A DNA stretch of 64,000 nucleotides. Source: Phycisphaerae bacterium (GTDB lineage: Bacteria; Planctomycetota; Phycisphaerae; UBA1845; Fen-1342). The notes beneath the pieces are model-generated. The model did not search any database, was not told where the DNA came from, and saw only the letters and a program-made list of their open reading frames with translations. This document shows, piece by piece, positions 30,556 to 39,715 of the stretch (position 1 is the first letter of the stretch; each line of letters begins with the position of its first letter). Both the position numbers and the translations under genes were made by a program. The stretch lies in the NCBI GenBank assembly GCA_050115495.1, contig JASFQK010000013.1:32001-96000 (forward strand), in the 5' to 3' direction.

Positions 30556-31713
30556 TTAGCTCCCCTGCAAGCTGCGGATGAACGGCGTGATGTCGAAGTT
30601 GTCGACGACGCCGTCCCCGTTCACGTCCGCGCAGCGGTAGCAACCGTCGGGATAGACGTTCGCGAACTCCGTCTCATCGTGGCCGACGGCGTAGATGAAC
30701 GGACTGATGTCGAAGTTGTTCGGCGTGCCGTCGCCGTTGATGTCGCCGCGCAGGGCGAGCGGCGGGTCGAAGTCGGCCGCGTTCATCGCCATCAGGTAGT
30801 AGCCGCCGATGCCGGTCCAGGCGGCCTGGTTCAGGATGCCGACGACGCTGAACGTGCCGAGCGGCGGGCAGGTCTGGTCGAAGCTCGGGTTGAACCCGAG
30901 GTGGATGGTCAGTGAGCGGCCGGTGCCGTCGACGAGCAGAAGGTCGGTGTCCGTGCCCCAACCCTGCGTTTCGTCGAGCCAGACGCCGCTGATCTCGATA
31001 CGCGTGGACTGGTAGCGCTCGCCGCCGGTCTGACGCGTCACGTCGAAGTAGAACGCACCGGTCTCATCTTCGAGATCGGCGAGCGTGATCGCGGCCGGTT
31101 CGGGCAGGCCGAAGCCGCGCTGTAGGCAGACGATCTCGAAATCGTGGGCGTTGCCCAGTTCGCCGGTTTCCGGATCGCGGTCGTTGATGTGCTGCTCGTT
31201 GACGTTCATCTTGCCCTGGTAGTTCATGCCGGCTCGGGCCCGGATCTCGATGAGATCGCCGGCGCGGGGCTCGAAGCCGTCCGGGTAGCCGGCGTGGTTG
31301 ATGCGGTCGAGCTCGGCGAGCCATTCGGCGTCGGTGTAGCTGCCGGCCGGGTCGTTGATCCAGGGGATGTTGCCGTAGTTCTGGCCCATCCAGCAGGAGG
31401 TACCGCCGAAGTCGCCGTCGTCGTAGGTCTCGTTGGGGTCGTCCCAGGCCTGGACGAAGATCTCCCACTGGCCGCCGAGGTACCACTCGACGTAGTACTG
31501 GAAGTCGGGGGCGGGATCGAGCCAGTCCTCGTAGTTGTTCAGGACGATGCCGCGCAGCCGCACGGGGAAGTCGGCGCTGGGATAGGCGCTGCTGCCGTCC
31601 GCGTTGACGGCCTGGTAGTCGCTGTGCCGGATGAGGTCGACGGTTGGCCAGTCCTCGCCGACGGCGGAGAAGGTGACAAGACCGATGCCTAGGGTCACAA
31701 TGAGCTTGCGCAT
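30556..31713 (-). CDS. Secreted acidic protein with C-terminal dockerin-like domain
   Basis: Signal peptide; [17 protein letters not shown]...ADVNGDGVVDNFDITPF. Confidence 0.85.
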   Translation of the reverse strand: MRKLIVTLGIGLVTFSAVGEDWPTVDLIRHSDYQAVNADGSSAYPSADFPVRLRGIVLNNYEDWLDPAPDFQYYVEWYLGGQWEIFVQAWDDPNETYDDGDFGGTSCWMGQNYGNIPWINDPAGSYTDAEWLAELDRINHAGYPDGFEPRAGDLIEIRARAGMNYQGKMNVNEQHINDRDPETGELGNAHDFEIVCLQRGFGLPEPAAITLADLEDETGAFYFDVTRQTGGERYQSTRIEISGVWLDETQGWGTDTDLLLVDGTGRSLTIHLGFNPSFDQTCPPLGTFSVVGILNQAAWTGIGGYYLMAMNAADFDPPLALRGDINGDGTPNNFDISPFIYAVGHDETEFANVYPDGCYRCADVNGDGVVDNFDITPFIRSLQGS

Positions 31714-31725
31714 GTTCCACTCCTG

Positions 31726-31752
31726 TTAACACGAACGTGAAATTCGTAACAC
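31726..31752 (-). promoter_or_regulatory. Candidate NikR operator GTGTTAC-N13-GTGTTAA
   Basis: Two half-sites 13 bp apart, abutting the RBS of the gene downstream of nikR. Confidence 0.6.
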
Positions 31753-31834
31753 CACAAGGCGATGATAGCGGGGCAGGGGGTGACGGGCAATCGCCCTTCG
31801 GCGAAGGGTGCCGGCCGCCGGCGGGGCAGGGGGG

Positions 31835-32254
31835 TCAGTGCAGCCGGGCGCCGGTCGAGCTCATGGCCAGTTCGGCGTGGAGCACGCCGCGCTGCTGGCG
31901 GAGCCGGTCAGTTAGGCCGCGGATGCGCGGGGCGGCGCCGCGGGCCATGATCATCTCGGCGCAGAGCTCGTGGGTCAGGTGCACGTGCGTCGTGGCCAGG
32001 ATGTTCTCGTGGTGGTCGTGCTGAATGTCGAGCAGCTTGTCACTGAGCTGCCGGGCATGGTGGTTGTAGATGAGCGTGATGGTGCCGACGACCTCCTGGT
32101 GCTCGTCGGCCCATTGCTGCTCGACGAGCCGCTCGCGGATCAGGTCGCGGATGTACTCGGAGCGGTTGGTGTAGCGGCTGGCCTTGACCAGCTTCGCCAG
32201 TTGCCGCAGCAGCGGCTTTTCCAGCGAGATGCTCAGACGCACGAGATCGGACAT
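31835..32254 (-). CDS. nikR: Nickel-responsive regulator NikR
   Basis: LVRLSISL RHH strand, YTNRSEYIRDLIR, YNHH, IQHDHH, THVHLTHELCAE. Confidence 0.95.
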   Translation of the reverse strand: MSDLVRLSISLEKPLLRQLAKLVKASRYTNRSEYIRDLIRERLVEQQWADEHQEVVGTITLIYNHHARQLSDKLLDIQHDHHENILATTHVHLTHELCAEMIMARGAAPRIRGLTDRLRQQRGVLHAELAMSSTGARLH

Positions 32255-32561
32255 AGGCGAACCTCAACAAGGGCCACGGGCTGCAGGCTAATGCGCTCTG
32301 GGCTCCGCTTCAACCGGGTGGCGGGCGTTGGGTCTCCCGCGGGTGGCCAGCCTGGCGTGCGCCCGAGCGGGCGGGCCGCCGCGCGAAAGAAGGCCCCGGC
32401 GTGGGTTCACGTCGGGGCTTCCGTGCAGACGGCGCCGGTGGAGGGGGGGCGCCGTGATGGAGTGGGAAGGACCAGTGGTTCCTCGGCGGGGCGTTGACGT
32501 GCCCGGACGACGGCGGGTGCCGCCTGCCGCGTCGCCGTCAGCATACCGCCGGGAATGGCGT

Positions 32562-32605
32562 GCCCTGGAGACGCGGACCGGCTGGGAGGGTCCGCGCTCC
32601 AGGGC
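32562..32605. terminator. Long hairpin downstream of dockerin gene (copy 1)
   Basis: GCCCTGGAGACGCGGACC...GGTCCGCGCTCCAGGGC; second copy at 37850-37893. Confidence 0.55.
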
Positions 32606-32668
32606 GAGGAGGTACACACGATCGCGACCGCACGCGGGCCCCCGCACCCGCGCGGGCCGATTCACGCA

Positions 32669-34270
32669 TTACGGCTCAACGAGCAGGCCAACGAACGGCG
32701 AGATGTCGAAGTTGTTCACCACACTGTCGCCGTTGCAGTCGCCGTTGAGGATATCGCACTCCGGATACGCCGCCGCGTACTCGGTCGGGTTGGTCACCGC
32801 CAGCACGAACGGCGAGATGTCGAAGTTGTTCACCACGCCGTCGCAGTTCATGTCGCCGATGATGTTCGGTTCCAGCCACGTGACCCAGATGCCCTGCGGT
32901 TCATAAGCACCGCTGCGAGCCTCGTACACGAGCATCATGCTGTCTTCATTCGCCTCGATCTCGCTCAACTCGGCCAGCGACTGGTCGGAGACGTCCATCT
33001 GTCCGTCCCACTCGCTGCCGGTGTACCACATGGACGTAGTAGAGGCGCCCGGGCCACTCAGCGCCGCCACGGCGTTCGAGTCATTCAGCATGCTCATCCG
33101 CACCGGACTGAGCGGGTCGAACGCCACATCCGGAAACTCCGCCGGCTGCCAGCCACCAGCGATCTTGTACGTGAGCGAGCAGAGTTTCTGCTCGCCGCCG
33201 ATGTAGACCGGCGTCAGCAGGGTGACGTCGCCCGCCGCGTTCACGACCACATCGCCGAAGTACTCCATGCCCGAGGCGCAGTCGAGCTCCAGCAGGTACT
33301 CCGCCGTTAGCCAGACACCGCTACACGTTCGACTTGCGCACAGCCAGGTCGTACCGCTCTCGACCCTCTCCCAGAACACCGTCGCGTCACCGTTGTCGTC
33401 CACGACGCCGCGCAGATGCCCCGGATTCTCGCCGAACACGACCGTACAATCGACTGCCTGTGGCACCGGCAGGCCCGGCTCCCACGCCAGATTGCTCGAA
33501 TCGAAACGATGCGCGTAGAGCCGAAACGCCCCCAGCATCTCGCGCGCCATGTAGAACAGGTACACCGCCGTGCCGGACTCGTTCTGAATGATAGTCGGCA
33601 ATATGCCGACATGTGTGCCAGTGGGAGCCATCGCCTCCGGCGTGCTCCATGCCGCTCCCTGTCCACTTGCCGGACACGTGCAACTGTGCACCTCCTCCAT
33701 TGCCACGTGCGCCTCGACCAGGTTTCCCGCCGAATCCACTCCGATGTTGAGCGACTGGATGTGAACATACCGCGCAGCATCGAGTGCCTCGTAGCCCACG
33801 GTCCATCCCGAACCGGGCACATAATGTGCCGCATTGACGAGGAAGAAGTCCATCTCGTACGTATCATGGCTCAGAAAGAGAAGCGTGATGTGGCCCTGCG
33901 GGTCAATCACCGCCGTGGACGCCAAGCCGATTGGCGCCACGTAGAACTCCATCCAATCGAACGCCGTCACGAAGTCCGCAGCGATGACTTCGGGGTCCTC
34001 CCACGTTCCCTCGCTCGCATCGAATCTCCGTGCAACCTGCTGGTACGTGCTCCCGCCGGGCTCTCCAGTGAATACCCAGGCGTCACCCTCGCTGCCGAAC
34101 AGCGTTGCCCCCAGGAGACTATAGGGCGCCGTCAGTTGTACGGGCTCCGCCCAGTGATGCGTCTCTGCGCCCCCGTTACCCCACGCCAGGCCGGGACACG
34201 CCAGACCGAGCGCGACTCCACACAGTACTGCCAGTATTACCCTGCGATTATGATCTCGTGATGTTCTCAC
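32669..34270 (-). CDS. Secreted beta-rich (propeller-like) protein with C-terminal dockerin
   Basis: Signal peptide; repeated D..G/W motifs; [18 protein letters not shown] duplicated. Confidence 0.85.
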   Translation of the reverse strand: MRTSRDHNRRVILAVLCGVALGLACPGLAWGNGGAETHHWAEPVQLTAPYSLLGATLFGSEGDAWVFTGEPGGSTYQQVARRFDASEGTWEDPEVIAADFVTAFDWMEFYVAPIGLASTAVIDPQGHITLLFLSHDTYEMDFFLVNAAHYVPGSGWTVGYEALDAARYVHIQSLNIGVDSAGNLVEAHVAMEEVHSCTCPASGQGAAWSTPEAMAPTGTHVGILPTIIQNESGTAVYLFYMAREMLGAFRLYAHRFDSSNLAWEPGLPVPQAVDCTVVFGENPGHLRGVVDDNGDATVFWERVESGTTWLCASRTCSGVWLTAEYLLELDCASGMEYFGDVVVNAAGDVTLLTPVYIGGEQKLCSLTYKIAGGWQPAEFPDVAFDPLSPVRMSMLNDSNAVAALSGPGASTTSMWYTGSEWDGQMDVSDQSLAELSEIEANEDSMMLVYEARSGAYEPQGIWVTWLEPNIIGDMNCDGVVNNFDISPFVLAVTNPTEYAAAYPECDILNGDCNGDSVVNNFDISPFVGLLVEP

Positions 34271-34345
34271 CGAATGCTCCTTTCATTGTGCCAGCCCGCT
34301 ACGCTTCGGCTGGGCTCTGGACCCGCGGCTACTGCGTGCGACTGC

Positions 34346-36034
34346 TCACGGCGTTTCGCGCAGCCATGTCGTACGCACCGGGCTGTAGTCCCAGTCCTCA
34401 TGGTTCTCGTACATCAATACCGCCGTGCCCTGCGCCCCGGCCAGATCCTGGAAGTACACAACGCATTCCTCGGGTAGCGGTAGCAGGTCCGGCGACCAGG
34501 ACGTACCGTCGTATTCCAGAGACACCAGACGCGCGTAGCCGTCTACACTGGTCACTGTCGTTGCCACGGCCTTGTCGCCGTCGTAGAAGCACACGCGGCA
34601 GCGCGTCACGAGGGCCATGCTGTTTCGTACCGGATACTGGGTAGCATCCCAACCGACGCCCGCCCGATAGCGTACGGTGTGCAAGTACTTGTAGTTGTTG
34701 GCGTCGCCCGGAAGTCGATTGTTGACAGTGAACACCGCAATTACGTCGCCCGCGTCGTTGATGTCGATATCTCCCCACACCGTGAGGTCGGGCGAACTTA
34801 TCGTTACTATTCGCGACAACTCTGTGGGGGCTTGCCAGGCTCCGCCTTCCGTACGGCTGCCGCAGACCGTATGACCGTCAGGCAATGCTCGTCGCTTCGC
34901 CCACACGACAGTCGCCTCACCGGCTTCGTCCACAACGGCCAGACACCCTCGCGCGCTGCCGCCGTCGTCCCGAACGCCTATCGATCCCGGCAACATCTGT
35001 GGCGCGGACCACTGTTTCGTGGCGGTGTCATATCGGTTGGCGAACATCGCCCACCACAAATCTGTAGGTTGGCCAAAATACGTCACGAATGAGGCCTCCC
35101 GGCTGACGATCGGCTTGACGTAGAGCAGATAGACCGCGGTGCCGGAACGGTTGCCCACAACATCCACGGCCAACGTCAGCGTGTTTGGGTGCCCACCCAG
35201 TGGTACTGTCGACTCGCTCCACGTACCGGTGCCGGCATCATAGACCGCGCACACCAGGAAAGCATGATCGGGGTCGTTCCAGAGCATGGCGATCACGTTT
35301 CCGTCCTGATCGGCTGCCAGGGATATGCTTTGCCAGAACGCGTCCGTGGAATAGACCAGCACCTCCTCCGACCAGCCTGTTGCCGGTTCGTAGCGCTTGG
35401 CATAGGCGGAGTAGGCGTGTGGATCCTCCTCAATCTTGCGATACATGACCGTTATGTTGTCGTTCCGATCGATCGCAATCCGCCCGATCGGCGCCGCTGA
35501 GGGGTCACCGAACGCGTCGTGCCCTTCAGACTGGCGTGCCCATCCGCCATAGACCGCCCAGGCACGTCGCAAGCCATCGCCGCCGTTGTTGTTCTCGAAG
35601 AAGACACCGTCTCCGTTGAACAGAGTGCTGTCGCCGAAATCCTGATAGTCGTCCCAGTAGACGTCGCCGCGCGTCTTCCGCGTCTCTTTGCTTTCGCCGC
35701 CGGCTCCGTCGCCGAGACCGCCCACCAAGTCTCCCGGGTCGCGGGCCAGCAGTTGGCCCGTTCGGGCGTCAATGAGGTACCCGTTGTCGAGCAGAATCAT
35801 GTGGCCGGCCGTACGCGTGATCGCGGGCGTTTTGTGTTCGGGCGTTCGCAGCTTCCACACGGTGGCCCCGTGCGCGTCCACCGCCGACACCGCGCCCGGC
35901 CCCATCCTGAACGAGAGTCCCGCCACCGCCACATCGCCGGCGTCCCGTGGCGGCTGCTCCGCCGCCGCTCCGGCGACCCAAACGGCCACCGCGAGCAGGG
36001 CGATCACTGCCTGAATAGCGCTTCTACTTCTCAC
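34346..36034 (-). CDS. Secreted beta-rich (propeller-like) protein, no dockerin
   Basis: Signal peptide; shares GTAVYLLY, VVDEAGEATVVW, GDIDINDAGD with its neighbours. Confidence 0.82.
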   Translation of the reverse strand: MRSRSAIQAVIALLAVAVWVAGAAAEQPPRDAGDVAVAGLSFRMGPGAVSAVDAHGATVWKLRTPEHKTPAITRTAGHMILLDNGYLIDARTGQLLARDPGDLVGGLGDGAGGESKETRKTRGDVYWDDYQDFGDSTLFNGDGVFFENNNGGDGLRRAWAVYGGWARQSEGHDAFGDPSAAPIGRIAIDRNDNITVMYRKIEEDPHAYSAYAKRYEPATGWSEEVLVYSTDAFWQSISLAADQDGNVIAMLWNDPDHAFLVCAVYDAGTGTWSESTVPLGGHPNTLTLAVDVVGNRSGTAVYLLYVKPIVSREASFVTYFGQPTDLWWAMFANRYDTATKQWSAPQMLPGSIGVRDDGGSARGCLAVVDEAGEATVVWAKRRALPDGHTVCGSRTEGGAWQAPTELSRIVTISSPDLTVWGDIDINDAGDVIAVFTVNNRLPGDANNYKYLHTVRYRAGVGWDATQYPVRNSMALVTRCRVCFYDGDKAVATTVTSVDGYARLVSLEYDGTSWSPDLLPLPEECVVYFQDLAGAQGTAVLMYENHEDWDYSPVRTTWLRETP

Positions 36035-36303
36035 TGCTTTCCTCCTTAGCGATGGAGAGGCTCAAGAACACCGCTTGCGACTCCGCAGCCGCCGCGGCTT
36101 CCACAGGGGAGGTCCATCCCGCCGCCCAATCGGCGGCAGGTCTCAACTCGGATGGGGGCCGCCGTCTCGCCGCCAATCCCGCGACGAAACCGGTTACGGC
36201 CGGATGACTTGGTGAACGATAGGAGCATTCACTTCGTCCTCAGCTCCCATTCGGCGGCCCAGCTCCACACAGAGCCAGGGTTGCCGCCCCCTCTGATATT
36301 CGT

Positions 36304-36332
36304 ACGATAACGGATTCTCCCTGAGAACTCAA
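36304..36332 (-). promoter_or_regulatory. sigma70-like promoter TTGAGT-N17-TATCGT overlapped by palindrome GATTCTC-cct-GAGAACT
   Basis: Same layout at 41787-41815. Confidence 0.65.
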
Positions 36333-36404
36333 TCCAAAAATCACGAAAGTTCTGGCCTTTTGCCCTTCACCCCCGTATAATCGGCACCGAATACGGTGGA
36401 TACT

Positions 36405-37661
36405 ATGGAAACAAGCACCGATACGAAACTTACCGGACCTACGGAACGGTCTGTTGGCCAGCGCATTTCCGCCGTCGGACGAGAGTTGACCACTGCCTTC
36501 GACGCGTTGGTCGCCGCCCTGCCCGGCCGAACACACAAGCCACAGGAACTCGCGCGGCTTCTCCACCTCGACAAGAACGTCACGCATCGGCTCGTGACGG
36601 CGATTCGCAAAGGTGATCCGCTCGCCACCGTGCATGCGATGCCCGGACCGGAACCTCTGCGACGCGTCGCCGCTGCCGCACGCCGCCATGCGGTGCCGGC
36701 CTCCGTCGCCGAGCGGGCCGAGCAGGCCATCGGGGCGTTCGAGGCGGTCATTAATGAGGGGGGCGATCGCGCCGGACTCGACGCCATCATCAGTGCCTGG
36801 CTACCGGACGCTCGCCGCCGATTCGAACGGCTTGCCAAGCAGTCGCTCTATCGTGGCGCTCGCCAGGTCAAAGGGCTCGCCGCCGACGTCAACTTCACCG
36901 CACACCTGATCCATCCGGCGGCAGACGCCGTGTGGTGTGATGCGGTGGACGTTTTCGGATACCTCGGTTTGCAGCGGATTCGCCCCGAGGCGTCGTTTAG
37001 CCTGGGCGTGCTTTGTGGCTCGTCCAACCCTGCCGCCTTGCCACGCACACTCACCGGCGAGACCGTCGAGGATCCGCATCAAACCCTGTGGCCGGAGTAC
37101 TGCTCACGCCCGGCCGTCGAGTTGACCGTCCATCAGATGCCGGCTGCCGCCGATCGCGTCTACGAGCTCAAGTGGAACGACGCCGTCGGCGTGAGTTCCG
37201 CCCGTGACGTCGTCATGCGGGAGTACATTCCGCAGGCGATGCGGGCGTCCCGCAATCCACAGACCGGACTGCGGAAGGCCGCGATCGAGGATTGTGTTAC
37301 GGTCCCCTCGAAAACCCTGATTCTCGATTTGCTGCTGCACAAGGACGTCTTCCCCGCCTGGCAACCGCAGGTCCGGGTCATGGAAACCGGCGCTCGCGGC
37401 CACGCCGATCCCAACGATCCGACGCGTGATTACGACGTCCTGCCACTGCTCGAACGCATCGAGCCACTCGGCCGCGGCGTCGGCCGCTTCCGGGCGGAGG
37501 AGATCCCGCACTACGTGGAGATGCTGGCCGAAGTGTGCGCCATCCGCGGCTGGAACCCCGACGACTTCCGCGGATTTCGAACCAGAATCGAATTCCCCGT
37601 GTTCAGCTCGCTGGTCCAGTTCGTCGTTACTTTGCCGGACCCACCGCCGTCAGCCGGGTAG
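36405..37661 (+). CDS. Uncharacterised HTH-like putative regulator, paralogue C
   Basis: PQELARLLHLDKNVTHRL...DPLATVHAMPGPEPLRR. Confidence 0.82.
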   Translation: METSTDTKLTGPTERSVGQRISAVGRELTTAFDALVAALPGRTHKPQELARLLHLDKNVTHRLVTAIRKGDPLATVHAMPGPEPLRRVAAAARRHAVPASVAERAEQAIGAFEAVINEGGDRAGLDAIISAWLPDARRRFERLAKQSLYRGARQVKGLAADVNFTAHLIHPAADAVWCDAVDVFGYLGLQRIRPEASFSLGVLCGSSNPAALPRTLTGETVEDPHQTLWPEYCSRPAVELTVHQMPAAADRVYELKWNDAVGVSSARDVVMREYIPQAMRASRNPQTGLRKAAIEDCVTVPSKTLILDLLLHKDVFPAWQPQVRVMETGARGHADPNDPTRDYDVLPLLERIEPLGRGVGRFRAEEIPHYVEMLAEVCAIRGWNPDDFRGFRTRIEFPVFSSLVQFVVTLPDPPPSAG

Positions 37662-37849
37662 TCCCATCGCCGATCCTGGGGACTTCCGCGCCGACGTGCT
37701 CCCCCCGCTAGCGTAAGATGCGTGCGCCACGAGCCCACGCCCGTTTCGATGCCGGTCTGGCGTCCCCGCCCCGGCTCCCTGGGGGCGGGGACACAGCTCC
37801 AGCAACCAGACCATTGATCTCGAACATCCCCCCACGAGTCGTGCACCGT

Positions 37850-37893
37850 GCCCTGGAGACGCGGACCGGCTGGGAAGGCCCGCGCTCCAGGGC
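37850..37893. terminator. Long hairpin (copy 2) between convergent genes
   Basis: Near-identical to 32562-32605. Confidence 0.55.
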
Positions 37894-37955
37894 GAGGAGG
37901 CACAGAGGATAACGGCTTTGCGCAGGCGCCTCGCCCGCGCAGGCCGATTCACGCA

Positions 37956-39563
37956 CTACGGCTCAACGAGCAGGCCAACGAACGGCGAGATGTCGAAGTT
38001 GTTCAACACGCCGTCGCCGTTACAGTCGCCGTTGAGGATGTCGCATTCCGGATAGGCCGTCGCGTACGCCGCCGGATTCGTCAGCGCCAGCACGAACGGC
38101 GAGATGTCGAAGTTGTTCACCACGCCGTCGCAGTTCATATCGCCGGCGAGGCTCGTTTCCAGCCACCTGACCCAGACGCCCTGATCCTCGAATGCATTGT
38201 CGCGCAATTCGTAGACCATCAGCCGCTGAGTCTCATTACCGCCGAAGACCGTGGTCTGGCTGTACCAGTCTGCGGATGCCACGTCCAGCGGACCCTGCCA
38301 CTGGGCACCGTCGTGCCGGATCGTGCCGAAGACCATGTCGTCGCTGTTCAGGGCCGCGCACAGCGTGCCGTCTTCCAGCACACACAGACGCACCGTGCCG
38401 GACGTATCGAAGGGGATGTCGAGGAGTTCAGGAGACTGCCACCCGGCGCCGGCCTTGTACATCACCGAACACAGCCGGTACACGCCGTCGACGAACGCCG
38501 GTGTCAGCAACGTGACATCGCCGGCGGCGTTGACGACCGCGTCGCCGAATAATTCCATACCGGACGGGCAGTCCATCTCCAGCGGGTATTCAGGCGCCTG
38601 CCACACGCCCCCGTCGGTGCGGTTGGCACACAGCCACGTCGATCCGCCGACCGTCCGCTCCCAGAATACGGTCGCCTCGCCGTCGTCATCTACAACGCCC
38701 CGCAGGTAAGCCTGTTCCTCGCCGACCAGGAACGTGCAACCGGTGGCGCCCGGCACTGCCTCGGCCGCAGACCAGGTCAGCGTGTTCCAGTCGAAGCGGT
38801 GCGCGTAGAGCTGGAACGGTTGAAGCTGACTGTTGATGCTGGCCATGTAGATCAGGTACGTCGCCGTGCGTGCCTGGTTCTGGATGATCTTCGGCGACAC
38901 GGCCAATGCATAGGCGGGTGAGACCACCTGCGACGAGCTCCAACTCGTGCCATGGAAGCTCGCCTGACACGAAGAGCTGTAGACCTCTCCCTCGAAAGAG
39001 TGTACCTCGACCAGGTTGCCGAGGGCGTCTGCTTCGACGCTGATCGACTGCATGGGGACGTACCGGCCCATGGCGATCACGTTCACGTCGCTGTCCCATC
39101 CGATGCCAGGTCGGTAGTTCCGGGCCAGCACCTCCACCAGCCACAGGTCATCATCCCACGACGGATATACCAGTGTGATGTTGCCCTGCGGGTCGATGGC
39201 GCTGGCCGCTCCGTACCCTACCGGCATGAAGTCGGCAGGGGGCACGGCGGGGTCTACGTACTCGTCACTGAGAATTTCCGGATCCTGCCACATCCCCGTC
39301 TGAGCGTCGTATCGAATCACGTAGTCACGGTAGTGCTGGGCCGTTATGGCGCAGGTGCCCGTGAATACCCAGACGTTCCCCTGACTATCGACTTCGACGT
39401 CGTTGAGCCAGTAACTGCCTACCTGCGTCGCCTCGCCCCAGCGATAGGGGCCGGCGAACAGCGAGCTTGCGCAGCACAGCGCCAGCCCGATTCCCCATAC
39501 GTGCAGGCGCAATGTCCTGCGAATGTGCTTTTGTGATACACTCACGTGCATTCTCCTTATCAT
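37956..39563 (-). CDS. Secreted beta-rich protein with dockerin; paralogue of 32669-34270
   Basis: Collinear similarity; nearly identical dockerin tail. Confidence 0.85.
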   Translation of the reverse strand: MIRRMHVSVSQKHIRRTLRLHVWGIGLALCCASSLFAGPYRWGEATQVGSYWLNDVEVDSQGNVWVFTGTCAITAQHYRDYVIRYDAQTGMWQDPEILSDEYVDPAVPPADFMPVGYGAASAIDPQGNITLVYPSWDDDLWLVEVLARNYRPGIGWDSDVNVIAMGRYVPMQSISVEADALGNLVEVHSFEGEVYSSSCQASFHGTSWSSSQVVSPAYALAVSPKIIQNQARTATYLIYMASINSQLQPFQLYAHRFDWNTLTWSAAEAVPGATGCTFLVGEEQAYLRGVVDDDGEATVFWERTVGGSTWLCANRTDGGVWQAPEYPLEMDCPSGMELFGDAVVNAAGDVTLLTPAFVDGVYRLCSVMYKAGAGWQSPELLDIPFDTSGTVRLCVLEDGTLCAALNSDDMVFGTIRHDGAQWQGPLDVASADWYSQTTVFGGNETQRLMVYELRDNAFEDQGVWVRWLETSLAGDMNCDGVVNNFDISPFVLALTNPAAYATAYPECDILNGDCNGDGVLNNFDISPFVGLLVEP

Positions 39564-39715
39564 CTCTCGCGTTGATTCCGCGCAGTGTTATGATCCATGT
39601 TACGCTGCGTCACCGTACTGGTGATTCGGTGAGCGACCGCCTCGCCCATGCCCAACGCACGCGTCCCACGACTGGTTCACACCGCGCGCGGGTCGCGTGC
39701 CGACAACAGCGGTTC

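Noticed and set aside
30556..39563. Cellulosome
   Set aside because: Dockerin-like tails are present, but no cohesin scaffoldin or dockerin-linked glycoside hydrolase is recognisable
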